Below the pieces are notes generated by a model, which did not search any database, was not told where the DNA came from, and was given only the letters and a program-made list of their open reading frames with translations. The position numbers and the translations under genes were made by a program. From a virus, in IMG/VR virus record IMGVR_UViG_3300036944_000561, positions 64,525 to 128,524 of that record: DNA of 64,000 nt, one strand, 5' to 3'. Within the stretch, counting starts at the first letter, position 1; each line of letters begins with the position of its first letter. Positions 19,884-28,811 of the stretch are shown here, piece by piece.

Positions 19884-20884
19884 TGATCTCAGCAGATTGG
19901 TTCTACGGCGTTGTTGAAAATGTTGACGATGAAATGAAACTTGGTCGGGTTCAAGTCAGGGTGTATGGTGTTCATGATTCTAGAAAGGAGATTCTAGATA
20001 CTAAATTTCTTCCATGGGCACATGTAATGGTTCCTGCTACAAGTTCTTCTACAGCCGGAATAGGACGTTCTCCTACTGGTTTACAAGTTGGGTCAGAAGT
20101 CTTTGGTATTTCGTTAGACAAAACATACAACGAATTGAGAGTGTTGTTCAGTTGGTCTGCTCAGCAAGGTGATGTGAGCGATGTGAGTTTGCTGGCTACC
20201 GGGGGAGATGATCCTTTGGCCAAAGCCATCAAAGATGCATTGTTGAAAGACGTTCTCTTGAGCTCCTCTAACAAAATATCAGAGCCTGAAACTGAGAGGG
20301 CTGTTAAGTACCCATTGAACGATGTCTATACTACTAGAGCCGGATTCAAGCGCGAGAGCGATAGCTCAGACGGTAAATCAAGAGAAACAGAATTACATCC
20401 GAGTGGAATGTACGACGAATGGAGAACTGACGGCTCAAAACAACAGAAAATCAAGTCTTGGTTTAGAATTGTAACCAATAGAGCAGTTGACATTATCCTT
20501 GGTTCTAAGTGGCTGAAAGTTGCAGGGAATTTTGTTACCAGAGTTGAAACCAATTTGTATCAATGGGTGAACAATCAGACAACCATTTCAACCGACAAAT
20601 ATCTATTGAGATCAATGAGTGGAGTTGAAATCTCTACTCCGGAAGTTCGTATATCTCAAGACATGAGAGTTGGAAAAGCTATCTATGTTCCTGAAATTTA
20701 TGTCGGATCGTTGAAAGCCAATAGCATCAGTTGTTCTGGTTCTATTTCTGGTGTTTGTACTGGAGCGGAACAAGCGGGGATAGCCGGGGGATTGTCTAGT
20801 GTAACACTTAGCCCCGGTGAAGGGGCTGGTGATGTTACCACAAAGTTGGAATATAAAGACAATGGCGGGGATTATCCGTTGTGA
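19883..20884 (+). CDS. gp5: Baseplate hub/spike gp5 without a lysozyme domain
   Basis: WFYGVVEN.DD..KLGRVQVRVYG.H OB-fold; KYPLN.VYTTRAG and ELHPSG; only 333 aa. Confidence 0.88.
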   Translation: MISADWFYGVVENVDDEMKLGRVQVRVYGVHDSRKEILDTKFLPWAHVMVPATSSSTAGIGRSPTGLQVGSEVFGISLDKTYNELRVLFSWSAQQGDVSDVSLLATGGDDPLAKAIKDALLKDVLLSSSNKISEPETERAVKYPLNDVYTTRAGFKRESDSSDGKSRETELHPSGMYDEWRTDGSKQQKIKSWFRIVTNRAVDIILGSKWLKVAGNFVTRVETNLYQWVNNQTTISTDKYLLRSMSGVEISTPEVRISQDMRVGKAIYVPEIYVGSLKANSISCSGSISGVCTGAEQAGIAGGLSSVTLSPGEGAGDVTTKLEYKDNGGDYPL

Positions 20885-20886
20885 AT

Positions 20887-21282
20887 TCAACGAATACTAC
20901 CAAATAATTTCTCAACTTGCTTTTTGTCTAGAATGACAGTTTCTACGCCGTGTGGGGCTTTAGAAACTACAGTCACACTTTTGTCTGCGCCTATATTGAC
21001 AATATCTCCCCCGCCGATATTCAATTTCTTTACAGGAGTTTGTAGGCTATTCTTAATAATATCGACCTGAGTCTTGGTTAAAATGACGGTCTCGGGTCCA
21101 TGCGGTGTTTTACTCTGTATAGTGACCGTCCCGTCTTGGTCTATGACCGCCTTGTCACCACCAAGTTCTATAAATGTTCTCGTCGCTTCATTCAATTTGT
21201 TTCGGTTGTGCATCAGGCCGAAGCCTCTAGTCTGGATAGCCATGGTGAATCTCCTAATTTCTCGTCTAACGTTAATTGCCAA
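20887..21282 (-). CDS. Hypothetical protein with an internal duplication
   Basis: TIQSKTPHGPETVILTKTQV and TVVSKAPHGVETVILDKKQV. Confidence 0.6.
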   Translation of the reverse strand: MAINVRREIRRFTMAIQTRGFGLMHNRNKLNEATRTFIELGGDKAVIDQDGTVTIQSKTPHGPETVILTKTQVDIIKNSLQTPVKKLNIGGGDIVNIGADKSVTVVSKAPHGVETVILDKKQVEKLFGSIR

Positions 21283-21556
21283 TAGTGATCAAGATATTAC
21301 CATCTTCAACTTGGTATGATGTGTTGACTTTGTGTTTACGGTCGAAGTCTGACAAAATTTTACCCAATTTCTTTTCAGCAGATGGAAGAAAATCTTCATC
21401 TTCAACACCCCAATCAGAAACAACTAGCACCCCAGAATCTGAATCAGATTGATTATCGAAATCAGATTTTCTTGTAGCTTCTGGGTTTGTTGATTTCATG
21501 ATCTGGATCAATTCCATAGACAATTTTCGATAATTTATAGATGATTCCTTCTTCAA
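21272..21556 (-). CDS. Hypothetical protein
   Basis: ORF in a co-directional run. Confidence 0.5.
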   Translation of the reverse strand: MKKESSINYRKLSMELIQIMKSTNPEATRKSDFDNQSDSDSGVLVVSDWGVEDEDFLPSAEKKLGKILSDFDRKHKVNTSYQVEDGNILITIGN

Positions 21557-21577
21557 TATCTTATCAAATCCCTCGGT

Positions 21578-22321
21578 TCATAATTGTTTTCGAACTAATT
21601 TTAACTTCTGAACATCGTTTCCATTATTTGGTTTCAAGTAAATGAAAGAAGAATCGAGTTTCATTATGACAAATTCTTCTACCTTCTTAGTATGAATGTT
21701 GTAGAATTCTACAATTTCTCCAACAGATATTGGCTGCTGATGATTTTTATACCAGACAAAATCTTTATTTGAAACGTTGTTTCGAAGAATCAAAAATTCT
21801 CTTCGTTTTGCATATTTCTTCAATTCTTCATCATTTACACTTTCATTCACAGAATCGTCAAAAATGTGATCCTTTGATTTCACGTGGATCACGCTCATCT
21901 TAGATCCCGTCTTGGCTCCAACCACCACTGTGCCAGAATATCCGGCTTTGACTTCTTTTGCAAAAGCACGTTTCTGAATATCTGAATATGGTTGATATTC
22001 ACGTTTCATGAAGAACTTTTCTTTGTCACCGACTTTAGAATTGTTCATCATACCGTCTTTGAATCGAACAACTCTTTCAGTAGTTGATTCCTGGAACTTC
22101 ATATCAAATGAAGATTGTTTTCCAATTTCATAGCCATCCATCCAGGCACCAACAGCATCCTGGGAGAATTTACGGCCAATTTCGGCCGCATCAATCGGCA
22201 ACGACAATTGGAAGCCATATGTATAGCCGTCTTTGAAGGCGGCAGTTAAATCGGGGGAAGCTTCATAACAAGCCGGAACTTGGGGCATGGATGCTTCGAA
22301 TAATGAACTAAATGGTTTCAT
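21578..22321 (-). CDS. Hypothetical protein, candidate processed head protein
   Basis: N-terminus MKPFSSLFEA; GGAG SD; lies downstream of a late promoter. Confidence 0.5.
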   Translation of the reverse strand: MKPFSSLFEASMPQVPACYEASPDLTAAFKDGYTYGFQLSLPIDAAEIGRKFSQDAVGAWMDGYEIGKQSSFDMKFQESTTERVVRFKDGMMNNSKVGDKEKFFMKREYQPYSDIQKRAFAKEVKAGYSGTVVVGAKTGSKMSVIHVKSKDHIFDDSVNESVNDEELKKYAKRREFLILRNNVSNKDFVWYKNHQQPISVGEIVEFYNIHTKKVEEFVIMKLDSSFIYLKPNNGNDVQKLKLVRKQL

Positions 22322-22332
22322 GTTTGAATCTC

Positions 22333-22593
22333 CTACCGAATATCGTTATCGTGTGCCCATTCAGAAGAAGCAACTTTCCAATTTGAATCAGTTGCCGCAA
22401 TTTCTTTCGCGCTATCTCTCTTTAATCCAGCACAGCGAGTATTTTGGAATGTTACGATCTTTTTGGCGTGTATGTCATAGACAACATATGACTCACCCTT
22501 TTTTCTATCAGCTGTTGTTGCTTTCTTTATACTCACCGCTTCCATCAACATCTTACCGAAACCGCCATTCGCTTTAAATTGAAACCCAGACAT
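22333..22593 (-). CDS. Hypothetical protein, candidate processed head protein
   Basis: CTAAATA upstream; KMLMEA motif near the N-terminus. Confidence 0.5.
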   Translation of the reverse strand: MSGFQFKANGGFGKMLMEAVSIKKATTADRKKGESYVVYDIHAKKIVTFQNTRCAGLKRDSAKEIAATDSNWKVASSEWAHDNDIR

Positions 22594-22677
22594 GATTGTT
22601 CTCCTAATCAATTTTCAACATTATACCACATATTTAGGAAAAAGAAAAGGGGAACATTTGGTTCCCCTTGAAAATTT

Positions 22678-23811
22678 TCAAAGATGTTCAGGAATGGCTC
22701 CCAATTCAGGACAATTACATCGCATGGCATCGATTGAAGGTTTTGAACCTATGATCCAAAATAGAGATTCTTCATTGATAAGTTCTGGAATATTCTGTTT
22801 GAGATATTCCAACACTTTTCCTTCATATCTTGGATGCAGTTCTATTCCATCAAATTGGTTCGGGATGAGGTCACTATACTTCACCCAATTCGTGGTGTGT
22901 AGATCATAGTGGAACAATTTGAATTTGGGGTCTGTCACGATAGGAGAAGAACTCCCCCACAATTTCTTGGTTCCTATTTCAACATCTCCTGATAATTCAG
23001 GATTGTCTCTGTAGTGTTTTTCGAAATTCATAAGATCTTTGAATTTTTCTGGGTCTGTACTTTTGATCAATTCCAAACGATCTTGCATCCATTTGATACG
23101 GTTTGGACCGATACCGATCAGATGAACTTCTTCAATTTGTGGTTGAGGATACAATGCAAGGCCAGTTAAGATTGACATACAACTGTTACAACTCCCAGCA
23201 GGGATAATCAATCTCTTGACAGATTTGGGAATGTTTTGAACTTGTGGTGCTCCTACTTCATGGAAGGCTCTGATTCTACTTGCAGTGTTGGTTGGGATCT
23301 TTTGGTCAGTAGTTATACCATATTCTAGATAAAACGGACGAGAGGAGCTCTCAGCCACTAGAGACTTACATTTAGGTTGGATTGTAGAGTTGTACCCAGA
23401 ACCAACATATTCGAATGATGAACCAAACCACGCGCTCATCGCTACCATGTCGTGTTTGATGGCAGTAGCAGGTTTGGTAGCCCCCAGGACAGTAGTTGTA
23501 TGACCACCGAAATGACGAGAGACTGCTGTAGCCATAGGAGACTGAGGAGAACCCACTACAGTACCGTGAACGATATCTGGCGAACCACCTGAAGCAATAT
23601 GCTCTTTGAGCAACCAGATGGCAACACGAAGCTTGTCCCCGTTGATACCACCATATCCGAGGGGAGCAAAATAGTCACCCCGCTTGAACCACATTTTGGA
23701 AGTTCCTTCGGTTTTCAATTCTACCGGAGTGAGAATCGACAGATAATCTTCCCAATGAAGTTGAGATCTATCTAACGTCAGTTTATCAAATATTGTGTTG
23801 TTCATTGTCAA
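22678..23811 (-). CDS. PLP-dependent enzyme of thymidine hypermodification (ViI gp226-like decarboxylase)
   Basis: LTPVE, WFKRGDYFAPLGYGGINGDKLR, SPQ, PAGSCNS and FWIIGS fold-type-II motifs. Confidence 0.85.
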   Translation of the reverse strand: MTMNNTIFDKLTLDRSQLHWEDYLSILTPVELKTEGTSKMWFKRGDYFAPLGYGGINGDKLRVAIWLLKEHIASGGSPDIVHGTVVGSPQSPMATAVSRHFGGHTTTVLGATKPATAIKHDMVAMSAWFGSSFEYVGSGYNSTIQPKCKSLVAESSSRPFYLEYGITTDQKIPTNTASRIRAFHEVGAPQVQNIPKSVKRLIIPAGSCNSCMSILTGLALYPQPQIEEVHLIGIGPNRIKWMQDRLELIKSTDPEKFKDLMNFEKHYRDNPELSGDVEIGTKKLWGSSSPIVTDPKFKLFHYDLHTTNWVKYSDLIPNQFDGIELHPRYEGKVLEYLKQNIPELINEESLFWIIGSKPSIDAMRCNCPELGAIPEHL

Positions 23812-24404
23812 TCACCGATATATTTCTGAAAATATTCTTCAATTTTCTTATTGAAAATATATTCTACTCTTTTTTCTGTCACAGGTATAGGAGATTTTCT
23901 ATTCAATTCTGAAACGAAAAGATATTCTTTGAATTGCGCTCTCAAGACGGCTCTCCTATTCATCAACATCTTACCTAAATTGTTCGAACCAACATCATTA
24001 CAAACTCCCCAGAAACTATCTCCCCAATGATTTCCTTCTATTAGTTCAGAATCATTGGTAGCCAAAAGCATCTTTCCTGCATCTGTGTAAATTTGAAATT
24101 TCTTTTTCAATAATAGATACATTGTTCGGATTCTATCGAAATCTTGATCAATTTCATCCTTGTATTGGTTGGCTATCTTTTTACATGCACCCGGATTATC
24201 CTTGTTTTCATATATTTTGCTTGCAATTTCTGCGTTAACATAAAAGAATTTCATATATTGATATGCGGATTCTGTATTAGGAAATGTGAGAACAGCGATA
24301 TCTCCTGATAGATTTTCAGGATCCAAACAAATCCCTCCCATACAAGGAAAGAAATTGCTGAGGAAGCGGTATTTTCCACTGAAGGAATTGATGACGGATG
24401 GCAT
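23808..24404 (-). CDS. NADAR (YbiA-like) ADP-ribosyl hydrolase
   Basis: FLSNFF, FPNTESAYQYMKF, LLATNDSELIEGNHWGDSFWGV and GSNNLGKMLM. Confidence 0.92.
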   Translation of the reverse strand: MPSVINSFSGKYRFLSNFFPCMGGICLDPENLSGDIAVLTFPNTESAYQYMKFFYVNAEIASKIYENKDNPGACKKIANQYKDEIDQDFDRIRTMYLLLKKKFQIYTDAGKMLLATNDSELIEGNHWGDSFWGVCNDVGSNNLGKMLMNRRAVLRAQFKEYLFVSELNRKSPIPVTEKRVEYIFNKKIEEYFQKYIGD

Positions 24405-24449
24405 ATTGAGTACTCTTTCGTAGATGACATCCGTCTAGTATAGCGGGAA

Positions 24450-25298
24450 TTATTTCGATTTTAACTTTGAATCCCAAGATTTTTCAACATCAAAATTAGA
24501 TTTTTCACGGCCTTCGCGAGCATGAAAATGTTTTCCAAGTTCTTCTTCGTATCCCGGCTCAAGATCATCAATATAGAATCCATACAGTTTGGCTTCATCT
24601 TTTGATTTGAATTTCAACCCATCTATGTCGTATGTACCGTCAGGCATTTCATATCCATACCCGACAATTCTCCCTAGAGAGTATAACCCAACTTTCTTTG
24701 CACCTTTGTATTTTGGAAGTTCTTCATCTTCGTGAAGACTTTCATTTTTATGTTTTGAAATTTCTATTGCGGCCAATTGTTTCAGAGCATCTTCTTTATT
24801 GTCATGATGACCCAGGACTTTGGTCTTGTCGCTATTAGTTACATTCCAGCCACCGCCTGGTGCTTTGACAACATGTTCAGTGATATACTCATCTGGCATC
24901 TTGGTGCCGAAAAACATCCCATCTTTCATGAAAAATCGATGACGTCCCATCATCTCAAGTTTTTCAGCAGGTATGTCCATGTTGGCCATATAGAAGTGTT
25001 CGCCACTTGGGTCTTCTGGATCAGATTCAAGTTTCATCCCCTTGGTGTTGACTTTGATTACACTCATATCCTTGTGAGGCCATCCAAAATGATTTGGGAA
25101 TGGATCCGGGATATTGCTGAGAGAGTTTGTCAGATAAATTTTCCCTTGTGTTTGTGACCCAGAGGTTGAACGGGTAGATCCGCGCATAAGACCGTTCTCC
25201 ATGATCTTCTGGACTCGTTCTGTGGGTGTGATATGGAACATGAAGTTTGATTTCGGTGGAAATGAAACTCTGTTCAAGAAGCTGTCTGAAAATTTCAT
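24450..25298 (-). CDS. ADP-ribosyltransferase-fold protein (late; possibly virion-packaged)
   Basis: FHITP..RVQKIMENGL, KIYLT and VIKVN...DP motifs; GAGG SD; TTAAATA upstream. Confidence 0.55.
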   Translation of the reverse strand: MKFSDSFLNRVSFPPKSNFMFHITPTERVQKIMENGLMRGSTRSTSGSQTQGKIYLTNSLSNIPDPFPNHFGWPHKDMSVIKVNTKGMKLESDPEDPSGEHFYMANMDIPAEKLEMMGRHRFFMKDGMFFGTKMPDEYITEHVVKAPGGGWNVTNSDKTKVLGHHDNKEDALKQLAAIEISKHKNESLHEDEELPKYKGAKKVGLYSLGRIVGYGYEMPDGTYDIDGLKFKSKDEAKLYGFYIDDLEPGYEEELGKHFHAREGREKSNFDVEKSWDSKLKSK

Positions 25299-25346
25299 GA
25301 AGAGGCACCTCATTTATATGCTATGCCTCTATTTAAACGGAAGGGA

Positions 25347-26123
25347 TTATTCGGTAAATAGATCTTCAAATCGTTGAACTATTTTATCAACAGCTCTTTC
25401 GGATTGTCGATATACTGTCAACATTTCACGATTATCGAAGTTTTTACGAAGAATATCAATCACCGACAATTTTGTTAGGAACCCCCGGCCATACTTAGGA
25501 TTTTCTATTACAACATCAAACATCGACTCGCAATAATGAACAACCCATTGTTCAGATTCGGTGTTATCTCGACTGGCCGACAATTTCTGATACAAATTGA
25601 ACAACGAATGATCATGAAAAACTTCGGCTTTGTGTCTTGAAGACGTTTCTGACAACGAATCAAGAACATAATCAGGAATATCCTTCTGATATCTTTCAAC
25701 CGCTCCATAAGAAAGTTTGATCACATATGGGGTGAAATCAGAACAAACTACCGCCACCGGGCAATCTACAAATACACAACCATTGATTCTATTCTGAGGA
25801 TATTGACCAAAAGTTAGAATTCCAAATTCTGGTTTCAATTCACCAGGGATTCTAATTTCTTCAACCTGTCTGTTTGAATTTTCCGGAATAGTGTACTCAT
25901 CGCAAACAATAGTGTACACTCCCCGTTGTTCGTTGATGAGGATTTTATGATCATACCTTAACATGTATGGGGCTGGCCGATATCCGAGTGTTTCTAGGAG
26001 GAGTTCTTCTTCCGTGGTGGAAATTATCGCTGATTCTAACATTGAATATCGCAATCCATCGGTTTGAAAATCTTCAGGAGTACGATAATACACTTTTTCA
26101 CGTTGATCTATCAAAATTTTCAT
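25347..26123 (-). CDS. Hypothetical protein
   Basis: 258-aa ORF. Confidence 0.55.
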   Translation of the reverse strand: MKILIDQREKVYYRTPEDFQTDGLRYSMLESAIISTTEEELLLETLGYRPAPYMLRYDHKILINEQRGVYTIVCDEYTIPENSNRQVEEIRIPGELKPEFGILTFGQYPQNRINGCVFVDCPVAVVCSDFTPYVIKLSYGAVERYQKDIPDYVLDSLSETSSRHKAEVFHDHSLFNLYQKLSASRDNTESEQWVVHYCESMFDVVIENPKYGRGFLTKLSVIDILRKNFDNREMLTVYRQSERAVDKIVQRFEDLFTE

Positions 26124-26341
26124 TTTGTTTCCTTATAACAGGTGTTTTTGAATTGGTCATATTCCAATGATGTCAGATTACATTCATGAATTGATATAGC
26201 AGTTTTGATTGACGCTAGAAAGATTGATAATACAATCCAACCTAAGAACCAAAATATCATCTCTTTCTTGGTATCAACGTTCAGAACAAACCACAAAGCT
26301 ATTGGGGCAAGAAATCCAGAAAACAATAACAAATAAAACAT
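26120..26341 (-). CDS. Small membrane protein
   Basis: Two hydrophobic segments. Confidence 0.5.
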   Translation of the reverse strand: MFYLLLFSGFLAPIALWFVLNVDTKKEMIFWFLGWIVLSIFLASIKTAISIHECNLTSLEYDQFKNTCYKETK

Positions 26342-26342
26342 T

Positions 26343-26615
26343 CTATTTCTCCCATTCTAATTGTTCGATCTTTTTCTTTACATTTTCCAAGATATTCAAT
26401 TTGGTTTCTTTCCTGGTTTCATCCCTAATCCATTCACACATCCGAAGTATTTCGTTCCCTTGTTTGACGTTCTTTTCGACGATTGATTTGACCTTCCCAT
26501 TGACTTCTATTTCAATCAATCCTGTTATGGCGTTGTATGAGTTCAAGCGAGCCATCACGATCTCCCATAATTTTCTGGTGACACCCAGCGACCTTGTGAA
26601 TCTTTCAACAAACAT
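26343..26615 (-). CDS. Hypothetical protein
   Basis: ORF in the early cluster; true start uncertain. Confidence 0.4.
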   Translation of the reverse strand: MFVERFTRSLGVTRKLWEIVMARLNSYNAITGLIEIEVNGKVKSIVEKNVKQGNEILRMCEWIRDETRKETKLNILENVKKKIEQLEWEK

Positions 26616-26869
26616 TTCTGAGAAGTTGCATCGTATCTTGATTCAACTTCGTGAGCATGACCTTGAATTTTACAATGACCGAATCGGACACCATGATATA
26701 TACTACTCAGAGGTATCGAACACAAAAGAATAATGAATATTCTGTATGTGTTGGCTTTCCATAAGGGGATTTTCCCGCTTGGGAGACTAAACACAATAAC
26801 CGAGAATATTATGACAGAACCAATGAAAGACAACATAGAAGAAAACTCCAGCAAATGAATTTTTGTCAT
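26555..26869 (-). CDS. Small membrane protein
   Basis: Two TM-like segments. Confidence 0.5.
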   Translation of the reverse strand: MTKIHLLEFSSMLSFIGSVIIFSVIVFSLPSGKIPLWKANTYRIFIILLCSIPLSSIYHGVRFGHCKIQGHAHEVESRYDATSQKCLLKDSQGRWVSPENYGRS

Positions 26870-26902
26870 TATACTGGAGTTATTTTCAATTGAGTTTAAT
26901 TT

Positions 26903-27142
26903 CTAATTGAAGAAATGAATGCTGATGATCGCGTCTTTGTAGTCTCTAATCATTCTTTCTGAGGCTCGCTTTGCTTGAGCATCGAGGCCGGAAATGTTGT
27001 GTTGGGTTGCGGTATACTTGTCCAGGAGTTTCCCGTTTTTGTCGGCAGCTGTCACGATAACACTACACAGCTCAGCAGAAAACCAATTTCCTTCAGCAGT
27101 CAGTGTTGGTTTCACGGTACGTTTCAATTCGTTGTAAGTCAT
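26903..27142 (-). CDS. Early hypothetical protein
   Basis: GAGG SD; directly behind an early promoter. Confidence 0.6.
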   Translation of the reverse strand: MTYNELKRTVKPTLTAEGNWFSAELCSVIVTAADKNGKLLDKYTATQHNISGLDAQAKRASERMIRDYKDAIISIHFFN

Positions 27143-27187
27143 TTTCGTATCCTCTTAGGGTCAGGCGATGTTGCCTCATTGGAAACC

Positions 27188-27216
27188 ATTATACGCTTTT
27201 GAAAGTTCAAGTAAAG
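27188..27216 (-). promoter_or_regulatory. Early sigma70-type promoter CTTTAC-N17-TATAAT
   Basis: T4-early-like -35 element, AT-rich upstream tract and CGTATAATGG context. Confidence 0.8.
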
Positions 27217-27434
27217 CCTTTTTGAAAAATAATTTTCAAAATTTCTTTAGACGATACAAGGGTACATTTCGAACGAATTTCTTTGATTCGGTTCTTTGGA
27301 ATATCGTAATGGGAATGTGAACAAGAATGGAACCAACATCGTTTGATATTCAATTGATCCGCCATCTTGTGAAGGTTCTCTATTGAGTACGGAACACATA
27401 CAAGATGGCGTTTGTTATCGCAGTAAAATTTCAT
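27207..27434 (-). CDS. DUF4031-like protein
   Basis: HLVC...ENLHKMADQLNIKRCWFH...HYDIP. Confidence 0.65.
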   Translation of the reverse strand: MKFYCDNKRHLVCVPYSIENLHKMADQLNIKRCWFHSCSHSHYDIPKNRIKEIRSKCTLVSSKEILKIIFQKGFT

Positions 27435-27691
27435 TGAGAAAGTTTGTAGTATTCAACCGGGGAGAACCATTTTGATTTTTCTTTGTAGAAGAAACCATAG
27501 CAGAAGAACACGTTTAAAGATTGAGCGAGAACGAAGAAATCTGGGGCAGAATCTTCTTTGTCTAAGATATTGACCGGGAATGCCGTATAACCATCACCAT
27601 TGTCGTCAAGATAACACCCGAAATATTCTGTCCTGAAAGTTGGTATGAAATCCAAAACGACCAGGAATAACCATTTCAATATTTTCATCAT
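27431..27691 (-). CDS. Hypothetical protein
   Basis: ATGA overlap with the next gene. Confidence 0.5.
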   Translation of the reverse strand: MMKILKWLFLVVLDFIPTFRTEYFGCYLDDNGDGYTAFPVNILDKEDSAPDFFVLAQSLNVFFCYGFFYKEKSKWFSPVEYYKLSQ

Positions 27692-27758
27692 CTATATTCC
27701 TTTTGAGAGGTTGAAAATATTTAGCAGTTTCCTGTTACAGAAACCGCTCTGTTGGTTA

Positions 27759-28373
27759 CTACTTTTCTAACAATTTTGCTAGGTGATAACCTTCAAGCTC
27801 CCACAGTTTATCACGAGAAGAAGCTGAACATTTCTTGATGGCTTCTCTTGCGCCGATTTCTGGATTGAAATTTTTAGGATCAGCACATGATGTAAATTCA
27901 TTCGTGAGAGTGAACATCTTTTCACCAATCTTCAGCATTCCTGTTGCAACAATGGTCTGTGTTCCTTCAATTTGGTATGTTACGAAACTGGTCTGACGCA
28001 TCAACTCATCAATTTTCGAAACATCAACTTTCGGGTATACTGAGCCAGATTGTTCCAATTCTTGTTGAACTTTATGTTCATGTTGTTCTTTCAGAAAATC
28101 AAGATACTCTATTGGATCGTCGAAATAATTTCCATCTTCAAGTTCTATCCACCAATCACACCATAGTCCGTCTTCATCGAGAATTTGTAGACAATTCATA
28201 TTGCAATAGTCTGGTTTGATGTTATGATTCAGCTGAAATAGGTCATAATTAGCAAGAACATCCATAATATGAACGCCTTGCTCGACACTTTCAACCGGAA
28301 CCGTAAACGCTTCCATCGGTACTTGCGGAATGTGAAAAACTCGTAATTGTGGTTTCATTTCATCTTGTTCCAT
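27759..28373 (-). CDS. Fusion: P22 gp17-like anti-exclusion domain + Gp49-family domain
   Basis: LRVFHIPQVPMEAFTVPVESVEQGVHIMDVLANYDLFQ..IKPDYCN closely matches P22 gp17 as recalled; SCADPKNFNPEIG..LWELEGY is Gp49-like. Confidence 0.75.
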   Translation of the reverse strand: MEQDEMKPQLRVFHIPQVPMEAFTVPVESVEQGVHIMDVLANYDLFQLNHNIKPDYCNMNCLQILDEDGLWCDWWIELEDGNYFDDPIEYLDFLKEQHEHKVQQELEQSGSVYPKVDVSKIDELMRQTSFVTYQIEGTQTIVATGMLKIGEKMFTLTNEFTSCADPKNFNPEIGAREAIKKCSASSRDKLWELEGYHLAKLLEK

Positions 28374-28764
28374 TATCTTTCATTCGTTGGATGTTGAGGG
28401 CTATTGCTTCCTGGGTTGGATAATACTCACCAAACCACTCAGAAGGGATCTCAGCCTTTGCTGATTGTATTGCTGTCACCATCATACCCTCATTAGGAGA
28501 ATATCCCCTACGGATCATTTCAGAGTATAAGGAATCTATTCGATCGATGATATACTGTAATCGAGTATAGAAAAATGTCACATGACCAGACCCCAACGTA
28601 TATTTTTCCGGGGATAATACATCGGCAGGGGTATGCCCTTTTCTTACCCGGTCTTTCACATATCCAAAAACTCGCCAAATCTCTTTCCATTCTCCGGCAA
28701 GTTCTGGTTGGGTCATTTCTGATACAGGAACAACGTTGATGCGTGTCAATTGAAATATCCTCAT
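28360..28764 (-). CDS. denV: Pyrimidine-dimer DNA glycosylase (endonuclease V); true start may be TTG at 28752
   Basis: TRINVVPVSE, LGSGHVTFFY..L and EM.RRGY motifs. Confidence 0.9.
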   Translation of the reverse strand: MRIFQLTRINVVPVSEMTQPELAGEWKEIWRVFGYVKDRVRKGHTPADVLSPEKYTLGSGHVTFFYTRLQYIIDRIDSLYSEMIRRGYSPNEGMMVTAIQSAKAEIPSEWFGEYYPTQEAIALNIQRMKDNGTR

Positions 28765-28811
28765 AACGGTAATGTGTTATGAGGATACTAGGATAGATGA
28801 TAGAAGTAAAG

